From assembly GCA_044240195.1 (NCBI GenBank), contig JBIHZX010000001.1, forward strand, positions 117-64,116: a stretch of 64,000 nucleotides of DNA, written 5' to 3'. A model generated the notes under the pieces. The model saw only the letters and a program-made list of their open reading frames with translations. It ran no database searches and was not told where the DNA came from. This DNA comes from Candidatus Nanopelagicales bacterium (GTDB lineage: Bacteria > Actinomycetota > Actinomycetes > S36-B12). A program made the position numbers and the translations under genes. Below, one piece after another: positions 19,020-29,773 of this stretch. Position 1 is the first letter of the stretch; every line of letters begins with the position of its first letter.

Positions 19020-20930
19020 GTGCGATATTTGGAGGCAATCCGTGATCCCCGCGATGTTCGGGCCCTCCCCGCTGACAAGCTCCCTGAACTTGCCCGGGAG
19101 ATCCGTGCATTTTTGGTCGAGAAAGTCTCTGCTACAGGCGGTCACTTGGGACCAAACCTGGGTGTCGTAGAACTCAGTATCGCGCTTCATCGGGTATTTC
19201 GTTCACCGGAAGATGCCATCATTTGGGATACCGGGCACCAAGCTTACGTTCACAAAATACTGACGGGGCGAGCTGGAGATTTTGACTCGCTGCGCCAGGA
19301 AGGCGGCATGAGTGGATATCCCAGCCGCAGTGAAAGTGTTCATGACATTGTCGAAAATTCACATGCTTCAACGGCCCTGTCCTACGCCGATGGACTAGCT
19401 AAGGCTTGGCAGCAGCGCGGCCTACTGGGAAAGCAGCATGTGGTTGCCGTTATTGGTGACGGCGCGTTGACCGGTGGGATGGCGTGGGAGGCCTTGAACA
19501 ATATTGCTACGGGGGAGAGACCCGTTGTGATTGTCGTAAACGACAACGCGAGGTCCTACTCGCCGACGATCGGTGGACTGGCCCATCACCTTCACACACT
19601 TCGAACCGCACCAAGTTACGAGAAGGTCATGGGTTGGGGTAAGCGGGTACTGCTGCGCACTCCTGTCGTTGGCCCCCCTGTTTTTGACGCACTGCACGGG
19701 ATGAAAAAGGGAGTCAAGGACGTTGTTGCTCCACAAGGCATGTTTGAAGATCTTGGACTGAAGTATGTCGGTCCGGTAGACGGCCACGATGAAGCAGAAG
19801 TTGAATTCGCCCTCAGTCGTGCCCGCGATTTTGACGCACCCGTGATCGTTCACGTGATAACGCACAAGGGTCAGGGTTACGCTCCGGCCGAGGCTGATGA
19901 AGCCGATCGATTCCACGGTGTGGGCGTAATCGATCCTGAGACTGGATTACCGGTAGCTGCTGCTGGCCGAAGTTGGACGAAGGCATTCTCTGATGAGTTA
20001 GTCTCAATCGGACGAGTTCGACCGGATGTCGTTGCGATAACCGCAGCGATGTTAGGGCCAACTGGTCTCGATCAATTTGCACAGGAGTTTCCCACTCGCA
20101 CATATGACGTCGGTATTGCCGAACAACATGCAGCTACGAGCGCTGCAGGTTTGGCCTATGGCGGAATGCATCCGGTCGTGGCCGTGTATGCGACATTTTT
20201 GAATCGGGCATTCGACCAAGTCGTGATGGACTGCGCACTTCACAAGGCGGGAGTGACCTTTGTTCTGGACCGGGCTGGCATTACCGGTGATGACGGAGCA
20301 AGTCATAACGGTGTCTGGGACATGTCCATGTTGCAAATTGTTCCTGAGTTACACATCGCTGCTCCCCGTGATGAATCAACCCTAAAACAGGCACTACGCG
20401 AAGCAGTTGATATTAACGATGCACCCTCGGTAATTCGCTTCTCTAAGGGCGCCATCCCACTAGATTTTGTGGCATTGGCCCGCGAGGGGTGTGTTGATGT
20501 TCTCGCTCGCCATGGAAATCCCGAAGTGTGCATTGTTGCCATTGGTTCATTTGCCCAACTAGGAATAGATGTCTCTGAGGGGCTCAAAGCCCAAGGTATT
20601 GGAGCGCAAGTACTCGATCCACGATGGGTGAAGCCGATCCCGCAATATGTTCTGGACCAGGCGGCGAAAGCAACGTTGGTCGTCGTGATCGAGGACGGCA
20701 TTCGGGCCGGTGGAGTGGGTGCTGCACTGAGTCAAGCTTTGCGGGATTCAAACGTTGATGTTCCCCTGCGTAACTTTGGCACCCCTCTTGCCTTTCTGGG
20801 TCATGCCAAGCGAAGCTCGATCCTCGCGGATCTAGGGCTTACCCCTCAGTCGATTACGCGGTCAATAGCTGAGTGGATGGCAAGCGGTGAGCGTGGCGAG
20901 GTTGTCGATTCACTCACGCAGGAACGCTAG
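19020..20930 (+). CDS. dxs: 1-deoxy-D-xylulose-5-phosphate synthase
   Basis: 636 aa. TPP motif [17 protein letters not shown] and transketolase-like domains. Confidence 0.93.
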   Translation: MRYLEAIRDPRDVRALPADKLPELAREIRAFLVEKVSATGGHLGPNLGVVELSIALHRVFRSPEDAIIWDTGHQAYVHKILTGRAGDFDSLRQEGGMSGYPSRSESVHDIVENSHASTALSYADGLAKAWQQRGLLGKQHVVAVIGDGALTGGMAWEALNNIATGERPVVIVVNDNARSYSPTIGGLAHHLHTLRTAPSYEKVMGWGKRVLLRTPVVGPPVFDALHGMKKGVKDVVAPQGMFEDLGLKYVGPVDGHDEAEVEFALSRARDFDAPVIVHVITHKGQGYAPAEADEADRFHGVGVIDPETGLPVAAAGRSWTKAFSDELVSIGRVRPDVVAITAAMLGPTGLDQFAQEFPTRTYDVGIAEQHAATSAAGLAYGGMHPVVAVYATFLNRAFDQVVMDCALHKAGVTFVLDRAGITGDDGASHNGVWDMSMLQIVPELHIAAPRDESTLKQALREAVDINDAPSVIRFSKGAIPLDFVALAREGCVDVLARHGNPEVCIVAIGSFAQLGIDVSEGLKAQGIGAQVLDPRWVKPIPQYVLDQAAKATLVVVIEDGIRAGGVGAALSQALRDSNVDVPLRNFGTPLAFLGHAKRSSILADLGLTPQSITRSIAEWMASGERGEVVDSLTQER

Positions 20931-23010
20931 CTACCCCTTGGTCTAAAAATCGAGGGTTGCTGTATCCCTCGCGATCGAGGTAGGGGGTAATACCGCCCAG
21001 CCAAAATGGCCAGCCGGCTCCAAGAATCATGCAGAGATCGAGATCTTGCGCCTCGGCGACAACGCCCTCATCAAGCATGATCCGGGCTTCCTGGGCCAAT
21101 GCTTTCAGCGCTCGGTCTCTAATTTGGTCCGGGGTCATTGTGCTGGGCGAATCACCAAAGATCTCCGATACTCGCGGGTCAACCGACTTGTTCCCGGCCT
21201 CATCCCACAACCAGATACCGGGTAGTCCCGCTGCAACTAGTTGACCCATTTTCTCTGAAGCATGGAATCGATCGGGGAAATGCCCGTTGAGGGTTTGCGC
21301 TACATGCTGGGCAACCGCAGGGCCGACCATCTGAACGAGAACGAAGGGATCCATGGGTAGTCCCATCTCATGTACCGCAGCGTCGGCATCAGCGAAACTA
21401 GCCCCTTCATCCACGCACGCAATGATTTCGCCCAGGAAACGGTTGAGCAGGCGGTTCACAACAAATGCGGGGCGATCCGCCACCAACACACATGACTTTT
21501 TGAGGCCTTTGCCAACAGCGAATGCCGTGGCCAACGTCGAATCATTTGTCTTCTCAGCTCGGGCAATCTCGAGTAACGGCATGAGGGCGACCGGGTTGAA
21601 GAAATGGAAGCCCACGACCCGCTCAGGGTTCTTGAGATCGGCTGCCATATCGGTGACGCTGAGAGAAGAGGTATTTGTGGCCAAAATGCAATCGGGCCGG
21701 ACAACTTCCTCCAGTTGTGCGAATACGGTCTTTTTTACACCGAGTTCTTCAAAGACGGCTTCGATAACAAAGTCGGCGTCGGCAAACGATCCCTTATCCG
21801 TTGTGCCGGTGACCAGAGCCTTTAGCCGATTACATTTATCGGGTGATAGGCGTCCCTTCCCGAGTAACTTGTCCAATTCCGCGTGGACATATTTGACGCC
21901 CTTATTCACTCGTTCCTGATCAAGGTCAGTCATCACAACAGGAACCATGAGTGAGCGTGCGAAAAGCAGAGCAAGTTGGCTTGCCATGAGTCCGGCGCCG
22001 ACAATTCCCACCTTTTTTACGGGAAGCGCCAAGGACTTATCGGGGACCCCGACAGGTCGCTTAGCTCGTTTTTGTACCAGGTCAAATGCATACAGCGACG
22101 CGCGCAGGGGATCTGACATTACGAGTTCGGTTAGAGCATGATCTTCGGCGTCAAAACCTTCAGTGCGCGTCGAAATTTTTGCAGCGGATACGAGGTCAAG
22201 GGCCACGTATGGTGCGCGAGTTGAGCCATGAATTCGGGAATCAAGTTGATTGCGTGCAGCATCGATGATTGCATCCCAGCTCTCCCGCTCAATCGGTGGT
22301 CGGTCGACAGTAATCAATTTGGTGAGCACCTTCGCCGCCCACAGGACTGATTGTTCGAGAAAGTCAGCGGGTTCAAACATGACGTCCATGACGCCGAGCG
22401 ATATTGACTGCTTGGGCTTCATTTGCTTGTTTTGACTCATTGAGTTGTTGATTATTATTTCAAGCGCGTTTTTTGGACCAATCAAATTAGGTAACAACCA
22501 TGCACCGCCCCAACCAGGGATTATTCCCAAAAATACCTCTGGAAGTGACAATGCTGCAGCATCGGAAGAGACCGTTCGGTAGTTGCAATGCAGCGCAAGT
22601 TCCAAGCCCCCACCCATTGCAGCTCCATTGACAAATGCGAATGTTGGTACAGAAAACTCACCAAAGCGTCGCAATACATCGTGTCCAAGTTTTCCAAAGG
22701 AGGCAATGATTGTGGGATCATTCACCAAGCCCACGGCTGAGAGATCCGCACCAACAGCAAAAACGAACGGCTTTCCCGTGACGCCGACCGCAGCCACGTC
22801 AGAGCGATCAGCGATTTCGTCCAGGGCGCTATTAAGTGATGCTAATCCGGCTGGTCCAAAAGTTGATGGACGCGTATGGTCCTTTCCATTATCCAAAGTG
22901 ATGAGCGCCATGGTGCCAGCGCCAAGTGGCATCGGGAAATACCTCACCCGAGCTTCGGTGACTACTTCCTCGGGATTAACTACGGCTGTTGTTCCTTGTG
23001 ATTCGCTCAT
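20914..23010 (-). CDS. fadB: fatty-acid oxidation multifunctional protein: enoyl-CoA hydratase / 3-hydroxyacyl-CoA dehydrogenase
   Basis: 698 aa. N-terminal crotonase fold, central Rossmann motif [14 protein letters not shown]. Confidence 0.88.
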   Translation of the reverse strand: MSESQGTTAVVNPEEVVTEARVRYFPMPLGAGTMALITLDNGKDHTRPSTFGPAGLASLNSALDEIADRSDVAAVGVTGKPFVFAVGADLSAVGLVNDPTIIASFGKLGHDVLRRFGEFSVPTFAFVNGAAMGGGLELALHCNYRTVSSDAAALSLPEVFLGIIPGWGGAWLLPNLIGPKNALEIIINNSMSQNKQMKPKQSISLGVMDVMFEPADFLEQSVLWAAKVLTKLITVDRPPIERESWDAIIDAARNQLDSRIHGSTRAPYVALDLVSAAKISTRTEGFDAEDHALTELVMSDPLRASLYAFDLVQKRAKRPVGVPDKSLALPVKKVGIVGAGLMASQLALLFARSLMVPVVMTDLDQERVNKGVKYVHAELDKLLGKGRLSPDKCNRLKALVTGTTDKGSFADADFVIEAVFEELGVKKTVFAQLEEVVRPDCILATNTSSLSVTDMAADLKNPERVVGFHFFNPVALMPLLEIARAEKTNDSTLATAFAVGKGLKKSCVLVADRPAFVVNRLLNRFLGEIIACVDEGASFADADAAVHEMGLPMDPFVLVQMVGPAVAQHVAQTLNGHFPDRFHASEKMGQLVAAGLPGIWLWDEAGNKSVDPRVSEIFGDSPSTMTPDQIRDRALKALAQEARIMLDEGVVAEAQDLDLCMILGAGWPFWLGGITPYLDREGYSNPRFLDQGVASVPA

Positions 23011-24197
23011 GAGTTACTCCCTGAAATATTTTCCCAAATAACTGTTCCACCCATGCCCAAGCCGATACACATAGTGGTGATTCCATATTTTGCGCTCGGA
23101 TTCATGGTGAAATTCATGGCGAGGTTGTTCATCAGGCGAATACCACTTGAGGCCAAAGGGTGTCCGACCGCGATTGCGCCACCCATCGGGTTCACGCGCG
23201 GGTCATCGTCATCGATTCCAAAATGGTCAAGGAACGCCAAAACCTGAATCGCGAAAGCTTCATTGACCTCAAATAGATCAATGTCTGCGATCGTGAGTCC
23301 GGTTCGAGCCAAGGCCTTTTCCGTGCTGGGAACGGGACCTACTCCCATTACTTCGGGTTCAACACCAGCGAAAGCGAAACCCACCATTCGCATCTTCTTT
23401 GAGAGTCCTAATTGATCGGCCACTTCTTCATTCGCCAATAGGGCGGCGGTAGCCCCATCGGAGAGACCTGATGCGTTACCCGCGCTCACGCGACCATGTG
23501 GCCGAAATGGTGTCTTCAAACTCGCCAGTGCCTCGAGGGTCGTTCCTGGCCGTGGCGATTCATCTTCGCTCACCAAAATGCTGCCAAGTTCAGCGCTGCG
23601 GGCCGCAACCGGAACTAAATCTGGTTGAATCAAACCGTTCGCATAGGCCTTAGCGGTCTTTTCTTGTGAACCAAGCGCGAATACATCAGCACGCTCTTTC
23701 GTTAAATGGGGGAAACGATCGTGCAGGTTTTCGGCCGTCATGCCCATAGCCATTGCTTCGGGGTCAACAAGTCGCTCTGAGAGGTACCGGGGATTGGGAT
23801 CCATACCTTCACCCATTGGGTGATGCGTCATATGTTCAACACCACCGGCAAGTGCTAAGTCGTAGGCGCCAGCCATGATCGCGCTGGACAATGTCGTTAC
23901 CGCGGTCATCGCGCCCGCGCACCAACGGTCAACCGAGTAACCCGGAACCGTGTTCGGGAGGCCGGCCAACAATGACGCAGAGCGCCCAATGTTCATACCT
24001 TGATCGCCGGTCTGGCTGGCGGCTGCAATGGCAACATCGTCAATTCTTTCCGGCGGAAGATTCGGGTTTCGCCGAAGCAGCTCCCTCATGACTTTCACAA
24101 TCAAGTCATCGGCTCGGGTCTGTGCGTAAAGACTTCCCGCCCGGGCAAATGGGGTTCGAGCCCCGTCAACGAAAACGACACTAGCGCGCTCAGCCAT
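23007..24197 (-). CDS. fadA: acetyl-CoA C-acyltransferase (thiolase)
   Basis: 396 aa. Thiolase C-terminal motif TMCIGLGMGG. 4-nt overlap with fadB. Confidence 0.9.
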   Translation of the reverse strand: MAERASVVFVDGARTPFARAGSLYAQTRADDLIVKVMRELLRRNPNLPPERIDDVAIAAASQTGDQGMNIGRSASLLAGLPNTVPGYSVDRWCAGAMTAVTTLSSAIMAGAYDLALAGGVEHMTHHPMGEGMDPNPRYLSERLVDPEAMAMGMTAENLHDRFPHLTKERADVFALGSQEKTAKAYANGLIQPDLVPVAARSAELGSILVSEDESPRPGTTLEALASLKTPFRPHGRVSAGNASGLSDGATAALLANEEVADQLGLSKKMRMVGFAFAGVEPEVMGVGPVPSTEKALARTGLTIADIDLFEVNEAFAIQVLAFLDHFGIDDDDPRVNPMGGAIAVGHPLASSGIRLMNNLAMNFTMNPSAKYGITTMCIGLGMGGTVIWENISGSNS

Positions 24198-24305
24198 AGA
24201 TCCTCCTTGTGAAAGCCCTATGTTACCCGCTAGTAACTTATTTCCACACCCACTACGGAATTTGTGTACCTACACCCGGAATATGAATGGGTAGCGGTGC
24301 CTGAG

Positions 24306-25604
24306 TCAGAGCAAATCCTCAATTGTCATCTGGTTGGGTAATTCAGCTCGGGCTAGCAGCAAAATCGGAAGAACGAGATCGCATTGCCATTCTCGAGCAC
24401 CACCATCTCTCAACAGGTCCACGTACCATTTCGAATCTTCCGTGGGTTCGGCCCAACAGGCGCGTCGAACCAAATCTGGCTGCATCAGATTTTCCGTTGG
24501 AATACTTAACTCCTCCGAAATGCGGGCCAACTCAACACGAGTGAATTCCAATCGGACGTGAGCACCGGGATTCTTGTCAGCCCACGCTTTGGGTGGCGGT
24601 GGCCCCTCACTCCTCGGAGGCGGCTGGGGGAGTTCTGATTCCGGTAGTGATCGAGCACGCTCAACGGCAGCTACCCACTGTTTTTCATAACGGCCTGCAC
24701 CACGACCGTTGAAGCCCTGCACCTTGAGAAGTTGATCAGCAGGCTTAGCAAGTGCCGCTGCCAAAATGGCCCGGTCGGGCAATATCCGTCCAGGGGCGAT
24801 ATCGCGACGACGAGCAATGTCATCGCGCGTGAGCCACAACTCTCGGACGATACCGCGGGCTAGGGGCGTCTTTGCGCCGTGAACTCCCGATGTACGTCGC
24901 CAAGCTTCACCTTTGTGTTCGCGCGGGCGCCAGTTAATTAAAGCGTCAAATTCCTGTTGAGCGAATTTACGTTTGCCACTTTCATCCAGGCTTGCGGCGA
25001 GTGAGTCACGCAGTTCAATGAGTAACTCAACATCGAGCGCCGCATACCGCAACATCGCTGGGGAGAATGGACGCAGCGACCAATCTGCAGCACCGTGACC
25101 CTTTTCAAGGTACACGCCAAGTTCGTTTTCCATGAGAGGACCAAGACCCACTCGTTCTCGGCCGAGTATCCGACCCGCCAACTCGGTATCGAAAAGTGAA
25201 CTAGGTGTTAGGCCGACCTCACGCAAGCATTCAAGATCTTGGGTAGCTGCGTGCAGAATCCATTCAACATCAACCGTGGCCTCGGCGATGCAACTCAAAT
25301 CGGGGCAGGCAATGGGATCAATAAGCGCGGTCCCGGAACCGGACCTTCGCATTTGAATCAAATATGCCCTTTGCGAATAGGTGTACCCCGAAGCTCGTTC
25401 GGCATCAAGTGCGAGTGGGCCACTACCACCGGCCAGCGCTTCCGCGTACTCAGCAAGCGCAGAGGCGGTAGTGATCAGTTCAGGGACGGGCTCCCGTGTT
25501 TCATGGGGGATTCTCGGTTCAATTTCACTATCAGTGTGATCATCAGGGCTTTCCAGGCTTTCCAGGCTTTCCAGGCTATCCACGGCGTCGCGCGTGTGCA
25601 ACAT
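24306..25604 (-). CDS. rnd: ribonuclease D-like 3'-5' exonuclease with HRDC domain
   Basis: DEDD exonuclease motifs (LALDAERASGYTY..., ...LHAATQDLECL...) and an HRDC region. The track ORF extends to 25883 but would overlap the DUF3000 gene. Candidate starts are ATG 25604, GTG 25613 and GTG 25583. Confidence 0.75.
   Translation of the reverse strand: MLHTRDAVDSLESLESLESPDDHTDSEIEPRIPHETREPVPELITTASALAEYAEALAGGSGPLALDAERASGYTYSQRAYLIQMRRSGSGTALIDPIACPDLSCIAEATVDVEWILHAATQDLECLREVGLTPSSLFDTELAGRILGRERVGLGPLMENELGVYLEKGHGAADWSLRPFSPAMLRYAALDVELLIELRDSLAASLDESGKRKFAQQEFDALINWRPREHKGEAWRRTSGVHGAKTPLARGIVRELWLTRDDIARRRDIAPGRILPDRAILAAALAKPADQLLKVQGFNGRGAGRYEKQWVAAVERARSLPESELPQPPPRSEGPPPPKAWADKNPGAHVRLEFTRVELARISEELSIPTENLMQPDLVRRACWAEPTEDSKWYVDLLRDGGAREWQCDLVLPILLLARAELPNQMTIEDLL
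25547..25577. repeat. 9-bp tandem repeat GGCTTTCCA x 3.4 (encodes SLESLESLES on the minus strand)
   Basis: Direct reading: ggctttcca ggctttcca ggctttcca ggct. Confidence 0.9.
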
Positions 25605-26166
25605 GGGCAACACCCTCGGGTAGGGGTACCAAGCCACCGGCGCACACGAGCACATTGATCCATGCGGTGAGGTGGTCACCCAAATCGTCCAGGGGCGCAC
25701 CGGATGCACTTTCAATCGGAGTCCATGAGGATCGAATCTCAACAAATCCATCGGCAGGTCGGTCAGACAATGTTCCAAAAGATTGGCCAAAGTTCGAAGT
25801 GACGGTTCCGCCGAGTTCGGTGATTTCCAAGTTACCTGTGCTCTCGAGAATCCAGCTCCACGCGACCTCGCGCACGAGATCATCGTTTAACAAGTCAGAT
25901 TCGAGCTCAGCTCGAGCAAAAATAACCGCACGAAATGTGCCGCCCCACTCTTCAACACCATCGGGATCATGCAATAAAACAAACCTGCCGGAAAAGGCGT
26001 CACTGTCGACATCTGTTGGTTCAGCCGTCATAGCCAGGGCAAAGGGAGCCAAACGGCTCGGCGCCGGCACCTGAATCAAAGTGATATCGGGCCGGACAGT
26101 CGCAGCGCTGATTTGCTCAACGGTTAATGCGAAGTGATCAGCTGCTGGGGTAACGGTTCGCATCAC
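25576..26166 (-). CDS. DUF3000 domain-containing protein
   Basis: 196 aa. In the conserved actinobacterial position upstream of the HRDC/RNase D gene. ...FVLLHDPDG...WGG.FR... is typical as I recall. Confidence 0.6.
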   Translation of the reverse strand: MMRTVTPAADHFALTVEQISAATVRPDITLIQVPAPSRLAPFALAMTAEPTDVDSDAFSGRFVLLHDPDGVEEWGGTFRAVIFARAELESDLLNDDLVREVAWSWILESTGNLEITELGGTVTSNFGQSFGTLSDRPADGFVEIRSSWTPIESASGAPLDDLGDHLTAWINVLVCAGGLVPLPEGVAHVAHARRRG

Positions 26167-26210
26167 TCAAGAGTAATGAGAGGGGTGGGATTGCTGGGGC
26201 TGGCGCGCCG

Positions 26211-26660
26211 CTACGGTGACTCGAAGTTGACGGAGATCGAATTGATGCAATAACGCTGATCCGTGGGGGTTCCAAAACCTTCGCCAGTGAACACATGCCC
26301 GAGGTGCCCCCCGCAACTGGCGCAACGTACTTCCGTGCGGGATTGCCCCAAAGTGTTGTCCTCGAGGTAGACCACGGAGTCCTTCGCCAGTGGCTCATAG
26401 AAACTGGGCCACCCGCAATGCGAGTCAAATTTGGTCTCACTGGTGAATAACGCAGCGCCACAGGCGCGGCAGGAGTAGGAACCCACCCGCTTCTCGTTGG
26501 TGAACTCGCCTTGATAAGCGGGCTCGGTCCCGGCTTCCCGAAGGACTCGGTACTCCTCAGAACTCAGTCGCTCTCGCCACTGTTCCTCGGATAAAACCGT
26601 TTCATATTGCGAGCCGTCAGGACGTTGCGAGCCGTCTCGAGCCGGCGTGGACATTCCCAT
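26211..26660 (-). CDS. msrB: peptide-methionine (R)-S-oxide reductase
   Basis: CRACGAALF ... HCGWPSF ... CASCGGHLGHVF: two CxxC Zn pairs and the catalytic region. Confidence 0.92.
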   Translation of the reverse strand: MGMSTPARDGSQRPDGSQYETVLSEEQWRERLSSEEYRVLREAGTEPAYQGEFTNEKRVGSYSCRACGAALFTSETKFDSHCGWPSFYEPLAKDSVVYLEDNTLGQSRTEVRCASCGGHLGHVFTGEGFGTPTDQRYCINSISVNFESP

Positions 26661-26737
26661 ACCTAAAGGATAATGGGCAAGCGTTCTGCGCGCTCATCCG
26701 TGCTGGGCGTTGATTAATGTGTGAAGATGGTGCTGTG

Positions 26738-27271
26738 ATGGAACTCCTAGAAAACTCGGGCGCCTGGTTGTCCACCGATGAGTTAGATAACGCTCGGGCA
26801 AATCTGCCCATTGTTTACATTGACGCCATTCCCGTTCGGGTTGACGCAAACGGGCAAGTGACGGAAGTCGGTTTACTTCTTCGCGTTTTACCCGATGGAA
26901 CGATTAGCAGAGCGGTGGTTTCGGGTCGGATTTTGTATCGAGAGCGAGTACGTGATGCCCTGATGAGACACCTTGAAAAAGATTTAGGCCCGATGGCCTT
27001 CCCGAAGTTACCTGCGTCACCGCAGCCGTTCACCGTGGTTGAGTATTTCCCTGATGAAAGTGTGACGGGTTTTCATGATCCTCGGCAACACGCGATTGCC
27101 CTGGCTTACATCGTTCCAATTGAAGGTGATTGTGCGCCATCGCAAGACTCACTTGACCTCATTTGGGTAACACCCGATGCTGCCACCAGTCCTGAGTTTG
27201 AATTAGAGATGGTAGGTGGCCAAGGAAAGCTCGTCCGGATGGCTCTAGCCCATTGCGGGCTATTGCGCTAG
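26738..27271 (+). CDS. NUDIX-like DUF4916 domain protein
   Basis: ...LPIVYIDAIPVRVDANGQVTEVGLLLR... has a NUDIX-fold-like layout without a clear NUDIX box. I chose the start at ATG 26738. Confidence 0.5.
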   Translation: MELLENSGAWLSTDELDNARANLPIVYIDAIPVRVDANGQVTEVGLLLRVLPDGTISRAVVSGRILYRERVRDALMRHLEKDLGPMAFPKLPASPQPFTVVEYFPDESVTGFHDPRQHAIALAYIVPIEGDCAPSQDSLDLIWVTPDAATSPEFELEMVGGQGKLVRMALAHCGLLR

Positions 27272-27283
27272 ACCGCGCACCAT

Positions 27284-28078
27284 TTAGTTGTTTGGTGGAA
27301 ATTGGGGCGCCACCTTATTGACTTTCCCGATCAAAGCCGCTGCGAGATCTTCCCGGTTAAACGCATGGCCCATTTCAATAAATGCATCGTCGGCACTGTC
27401 ATTGAAATCGGCATTCATCGCCCTGAGCATTTGGGCTTTGATAACAGCCATCGATGCTGGCGAGCAATTGGCAACCAGGTCGTGCGCGCAGGCGTAGGCA
27501 TCGGATAGCGGATCATCACTTGCGGCGAGAACCAACCCGTAGTCGTGGGCATCTGATCCGCTAAATGTTCGACCACTTACCAGAATGTCGGTAGCACGCG
27601 CGAGACCGACAATTCGGGGGAGCAGCCAAGCGATTCCGTATTCTGCAATGAGTCCCAGTCGAGAAAATGTTGAACTGAGTTTTGCGTCTGATTTTGCAAA
27701 GCGGAAGTCAGCACTCATCGCGATCACAAAGCCCAGACCAGCCGCGGGGCCATTTATAGCGGTTATCACCGGTGTCGAAAGGTGGAGGTATTTTCCAGGA
27801 ACTGTTTTGTGACTCTGACCTTTGAGAAATCCTTGAACAAGTTCCGGGTCCTCGCCCAAGATACTCAAATCAGCGCCAGAGCAGAATCCACGGCCAGCTC
27901 CCGTTACGACAATGGCACGCACCTCTGGATCGCCATCAGCAAAATCAAGAAGATCAGAGTAGGTGTGGATCATGTCGGGTAATAGGGCATTTAACCGGTC
28001 CGGCCGGTTGAAAGTGATGGTCGCAATGTGATCTTTAATGGAATATGTCACAAATTCAGTAGCGGGAGACAGACTCAT
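27284..28078 (-). CDS. enoyl-CoA hydratase/isomerase family protein
   Basis: Crotonase motif VVTGAGRGFCSGADL. 264 aa. Confidence 0.85.
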   Translation of the reverse strand: MSLSPATEFVTYSIKDHIATITFNRPDRLNALLPDMIHTYSDLLDFADGDPEVRAIVVTGAGRGFCSGADLSILGEDPELVQGFLKGQSHKTVPGKYLHLSTPVITAINGPAAGLGFVIAMSADFRFAKSDAKLSSTFSRLGLIAEYGIAWLLPRIVGLARATDILVSGRTFSGSDAHDYGLVLAASDDPLSDAYACAHDLVANCSPASMAVIKAQMLRAMNADFNDSADDAFIEMGHAFNREDLAAALIGKVNKVAPQFPPNN

Positions 28079-28217
28079 GCACTATTCATACCAGCAATGC
28101 TTGTGCTTTTTGCCAGGTGAGGTCGAATTGAATCCGGTAGGGATATCAAAATCAACAGGATTTGGCTATATATGTATGGAAGAATCCCGTGTATAATCGA
28201 CGAAAGTGGTGTGAATT

Positions 28218-28481
28218 ATGTCAGATGCTTTTGGACACTCAGAGCAGAAAAAAGGAATGCGCATTACGTGGCGAGGGGTAGTCCTCGTGATTATTGGTTT
28301 TTTACTGGCGCTCTTTGCCGTTCAAAACTTTAATACCGCTGAAGTAACTTTCTTGGGTATGAATTTTGACATTTATGTGTGGGTAATCGTGGTCGTCTCA
28401 TTTTTACTCGGGATGGTCCTTGGGGGAGCAGTACGCGGAACAGCCCGCAAGTTGCGTAAGCCTAAGCCGTCAGCCACATAG
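28218..28481 (+). CDS. LapA-domain (DUF1049) small membrane protein
   Basis: 87 aa with two TM helices and a basic C-terminal tail. A TATAAT hexamer at 28192-28197 lies upstream. Confidence 0.6.
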   Translation: MSDAFGHSEQKKGMRITWRGVVLVIIGFLLALFAVQNFNTAEVTFLGMNFDIYVWVIVVVSFLLGMVLGGAVRGTARKLRKPKPSAT

Positions 28482-28585
28482 CCTTTTTGTACAAGAGGTC
28501 GACCCTAAAAAATTGAATGATCACTTCCCCAATTGCAATACAGGGCTGGGAAGCAAAAGCCCTGCCTACGTGACAGACTAGGGCC

Positions 28586-29527
28586 ATGACCGCGATGCTC
28601 GATGATGTTGCCACCCTTAATCTGCTCAACGAATTGGAACCCATTGTTGAGAGGGAGCTCAATCGTCACATTGCGATCGCTAAAGAGTGGTTTCCCCACG
28701 ACTACATACCGTGGGATGAAGGTCGAAACTTCGCCCACCTGGGTGGTCAAGACTGGACACCTGAAGAAAGACGTTTTAGTGAGGCCGCCCGAACCAGTTT
28801 GATTATCAACCTGCTCACCGAAGATAACCTGCCGAGCTATCACCACGAAATCGCAACCATTTTTGGCCGTGATGGAGCGTGGGGTGAGTGGGTGGGTCGC
28901 TGGACAGCAGAAGAGGGTCGACACGGAACAGCCATACGTGATTACTTGGTGGTGACCCGTGCCGTTGACCCCGTTGAACTTGAAAGGGCCCGCATGGTCC
29001 ACATGCAGGAGGGCTTTCAGGCAATTCACCCCGGCATGCTGGCTGGGTTGTCGTATGTATCTTTCCAAGAGTTAGCAACACGTGTTTCCCATCGAAATAC
29101 GGGCGCCGCTACGGGTGATCCCATCGGTGAGGCTCTGTTGCAACGTATTGCCCTTGATGAAAATTTGCATATGATCTTTTACCGCAATCTCCTCGATGCG
29201 GCACTGGAGCTGCAACCTGATGCGACAATGGCCGCCATCTTGGAGAGCGTGCGAGATTTCGCAATGCCCGGTAACGGAATTGAAGGTTTCCAGCGCAAGG
29301 CGGTAGAAATCGCTGTTGCTGGAATTTATGACCTTAAGCAACACCGTGACGAAGTGATCATGCCCGTGTTGCGTAAATGGCGGATCTTCGAGCGCAATGA
29401 TTTTGGCGCCGAAGGTGATGCTGCGCGTGACCAATTGGCGGAGCTGCTCGCCGACATGGATGTCAATGTCAATCGGTTTGAGGAGCGACGTGACGCCCTC
29501 CGACAACGATTTGCCGCAAGAGACTAA
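28586..29527 (+). CDS. acyl-ACP desaturase (soluble di-iron desaturase)
   Basis: 313 aa. Di-iron motifs WTAEEGRHG and ALDENLHM, with a DesA-like layout. Confidence 0.85.
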   Translation: MTAMLDDVATLNLLNELEPIVERELNRHIAIAKEWFPHDYIPWDEGRNFAHLGGQDWTPEERRFSEAARTSLIINLLTEDNLPSYHHEIATIFGRDGAWGEWVGRWTAEEGRHGTAIRDYLVVTRAVDPVELERARMVHMQEGFQAIHPGMLAGLSYVSFQELATRVSHRNTGAATGDPIGEALLQRIALDENLHMIFYRNLLDAALELQPDATMAAILESVRDFAMPGNGIEGFQRKAVEIAVAGIYDLKQHRDEVIMPVLRKWRIFERNDFGAEGDAARDQLAELLADMDVNVNRFEERRDALRQRFAARD

Positions 29528-29723
29528 ACCGAGCAAAGTAACAGATCTGGAGTTGCGACTTCAGGCCTGGCATCGGCGCGCGAGACAAGCGCTTCATGAC
29601 GATAACAAAAATGCGCTACGGGACTTATTCGTCGAGTTGTCTGACCTTGTCCCACAAGAGAGTGTCAGTCACGAATGGCTGCGAGTAGTCTCAGGCTGGG
29701 ATGCGAAAGCTACGACCGGTTAG
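29490..29723 (+). CDS. small hypothetical protein (start uncertain)
   Basis: The track ORF 29397-29723 overlaps the desaturase 3' end. GTG 29490 is preceded by GAGGAG with a 4-nt spacing; ATG 29460/29466 are alternatives. The product is acidic and helical with no recognised family. Confidence 0.35.
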   Translation: MTPSDNDLPQETKPSKVTDLELRLQAWHRRARQALHDDNKNALRDLFVELSDLVPQESVSHEWLRVVSGWDAKATTG

Positions 29724-29773
29724 CTTCATTGCGAGAAGACATTCATGATTGATATTTTTGGGGAGGAAGATTC

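Noticed and set aside
21353-23041. Plus-strand ORFs 21353-21919 (188 aa) and 22583-23041 (152 aa) antisense to fadB
   Set aside because: They are fully embedded in a confidently identified fadB. Ser/Ala/Thr/Arg-rich shadow-frame composition.
24226-24243. GTTAC-N6-GTAAC inverted repeat upstream of fadA as a FadR-type operator
   Set aside because: The arms are only 5 bp with no flanking symmetry, which is easily expected by chance.
25496-26074. 192-aa plus-strand ORF antisense to DUF3000/rnd
   Set aside because: It overlaps two conserved minus-strand genes. Pro/Ser/Arg-rich shadow-frame composition.
28190-28197. Extended -10 promoter (TGnTATAAT) upstream of the LapA-like gene
   Set aside because: TATAAT (28192-28197) is present, but the TG is directly adjacent (TGTATAAT), not in the TGn register. 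I keep it only as a plain -10-like hexamer, noted in that gene's evidence.
28505-29536. Minus-strand ORFs 28505-29068 (187 aa) and 29072-29536 (154 aa) antisense to the acyl-ACP desaturase
   Set aside because: The desaturase frame carries clear di-iron motifs. The antisense products have no recognisable features.
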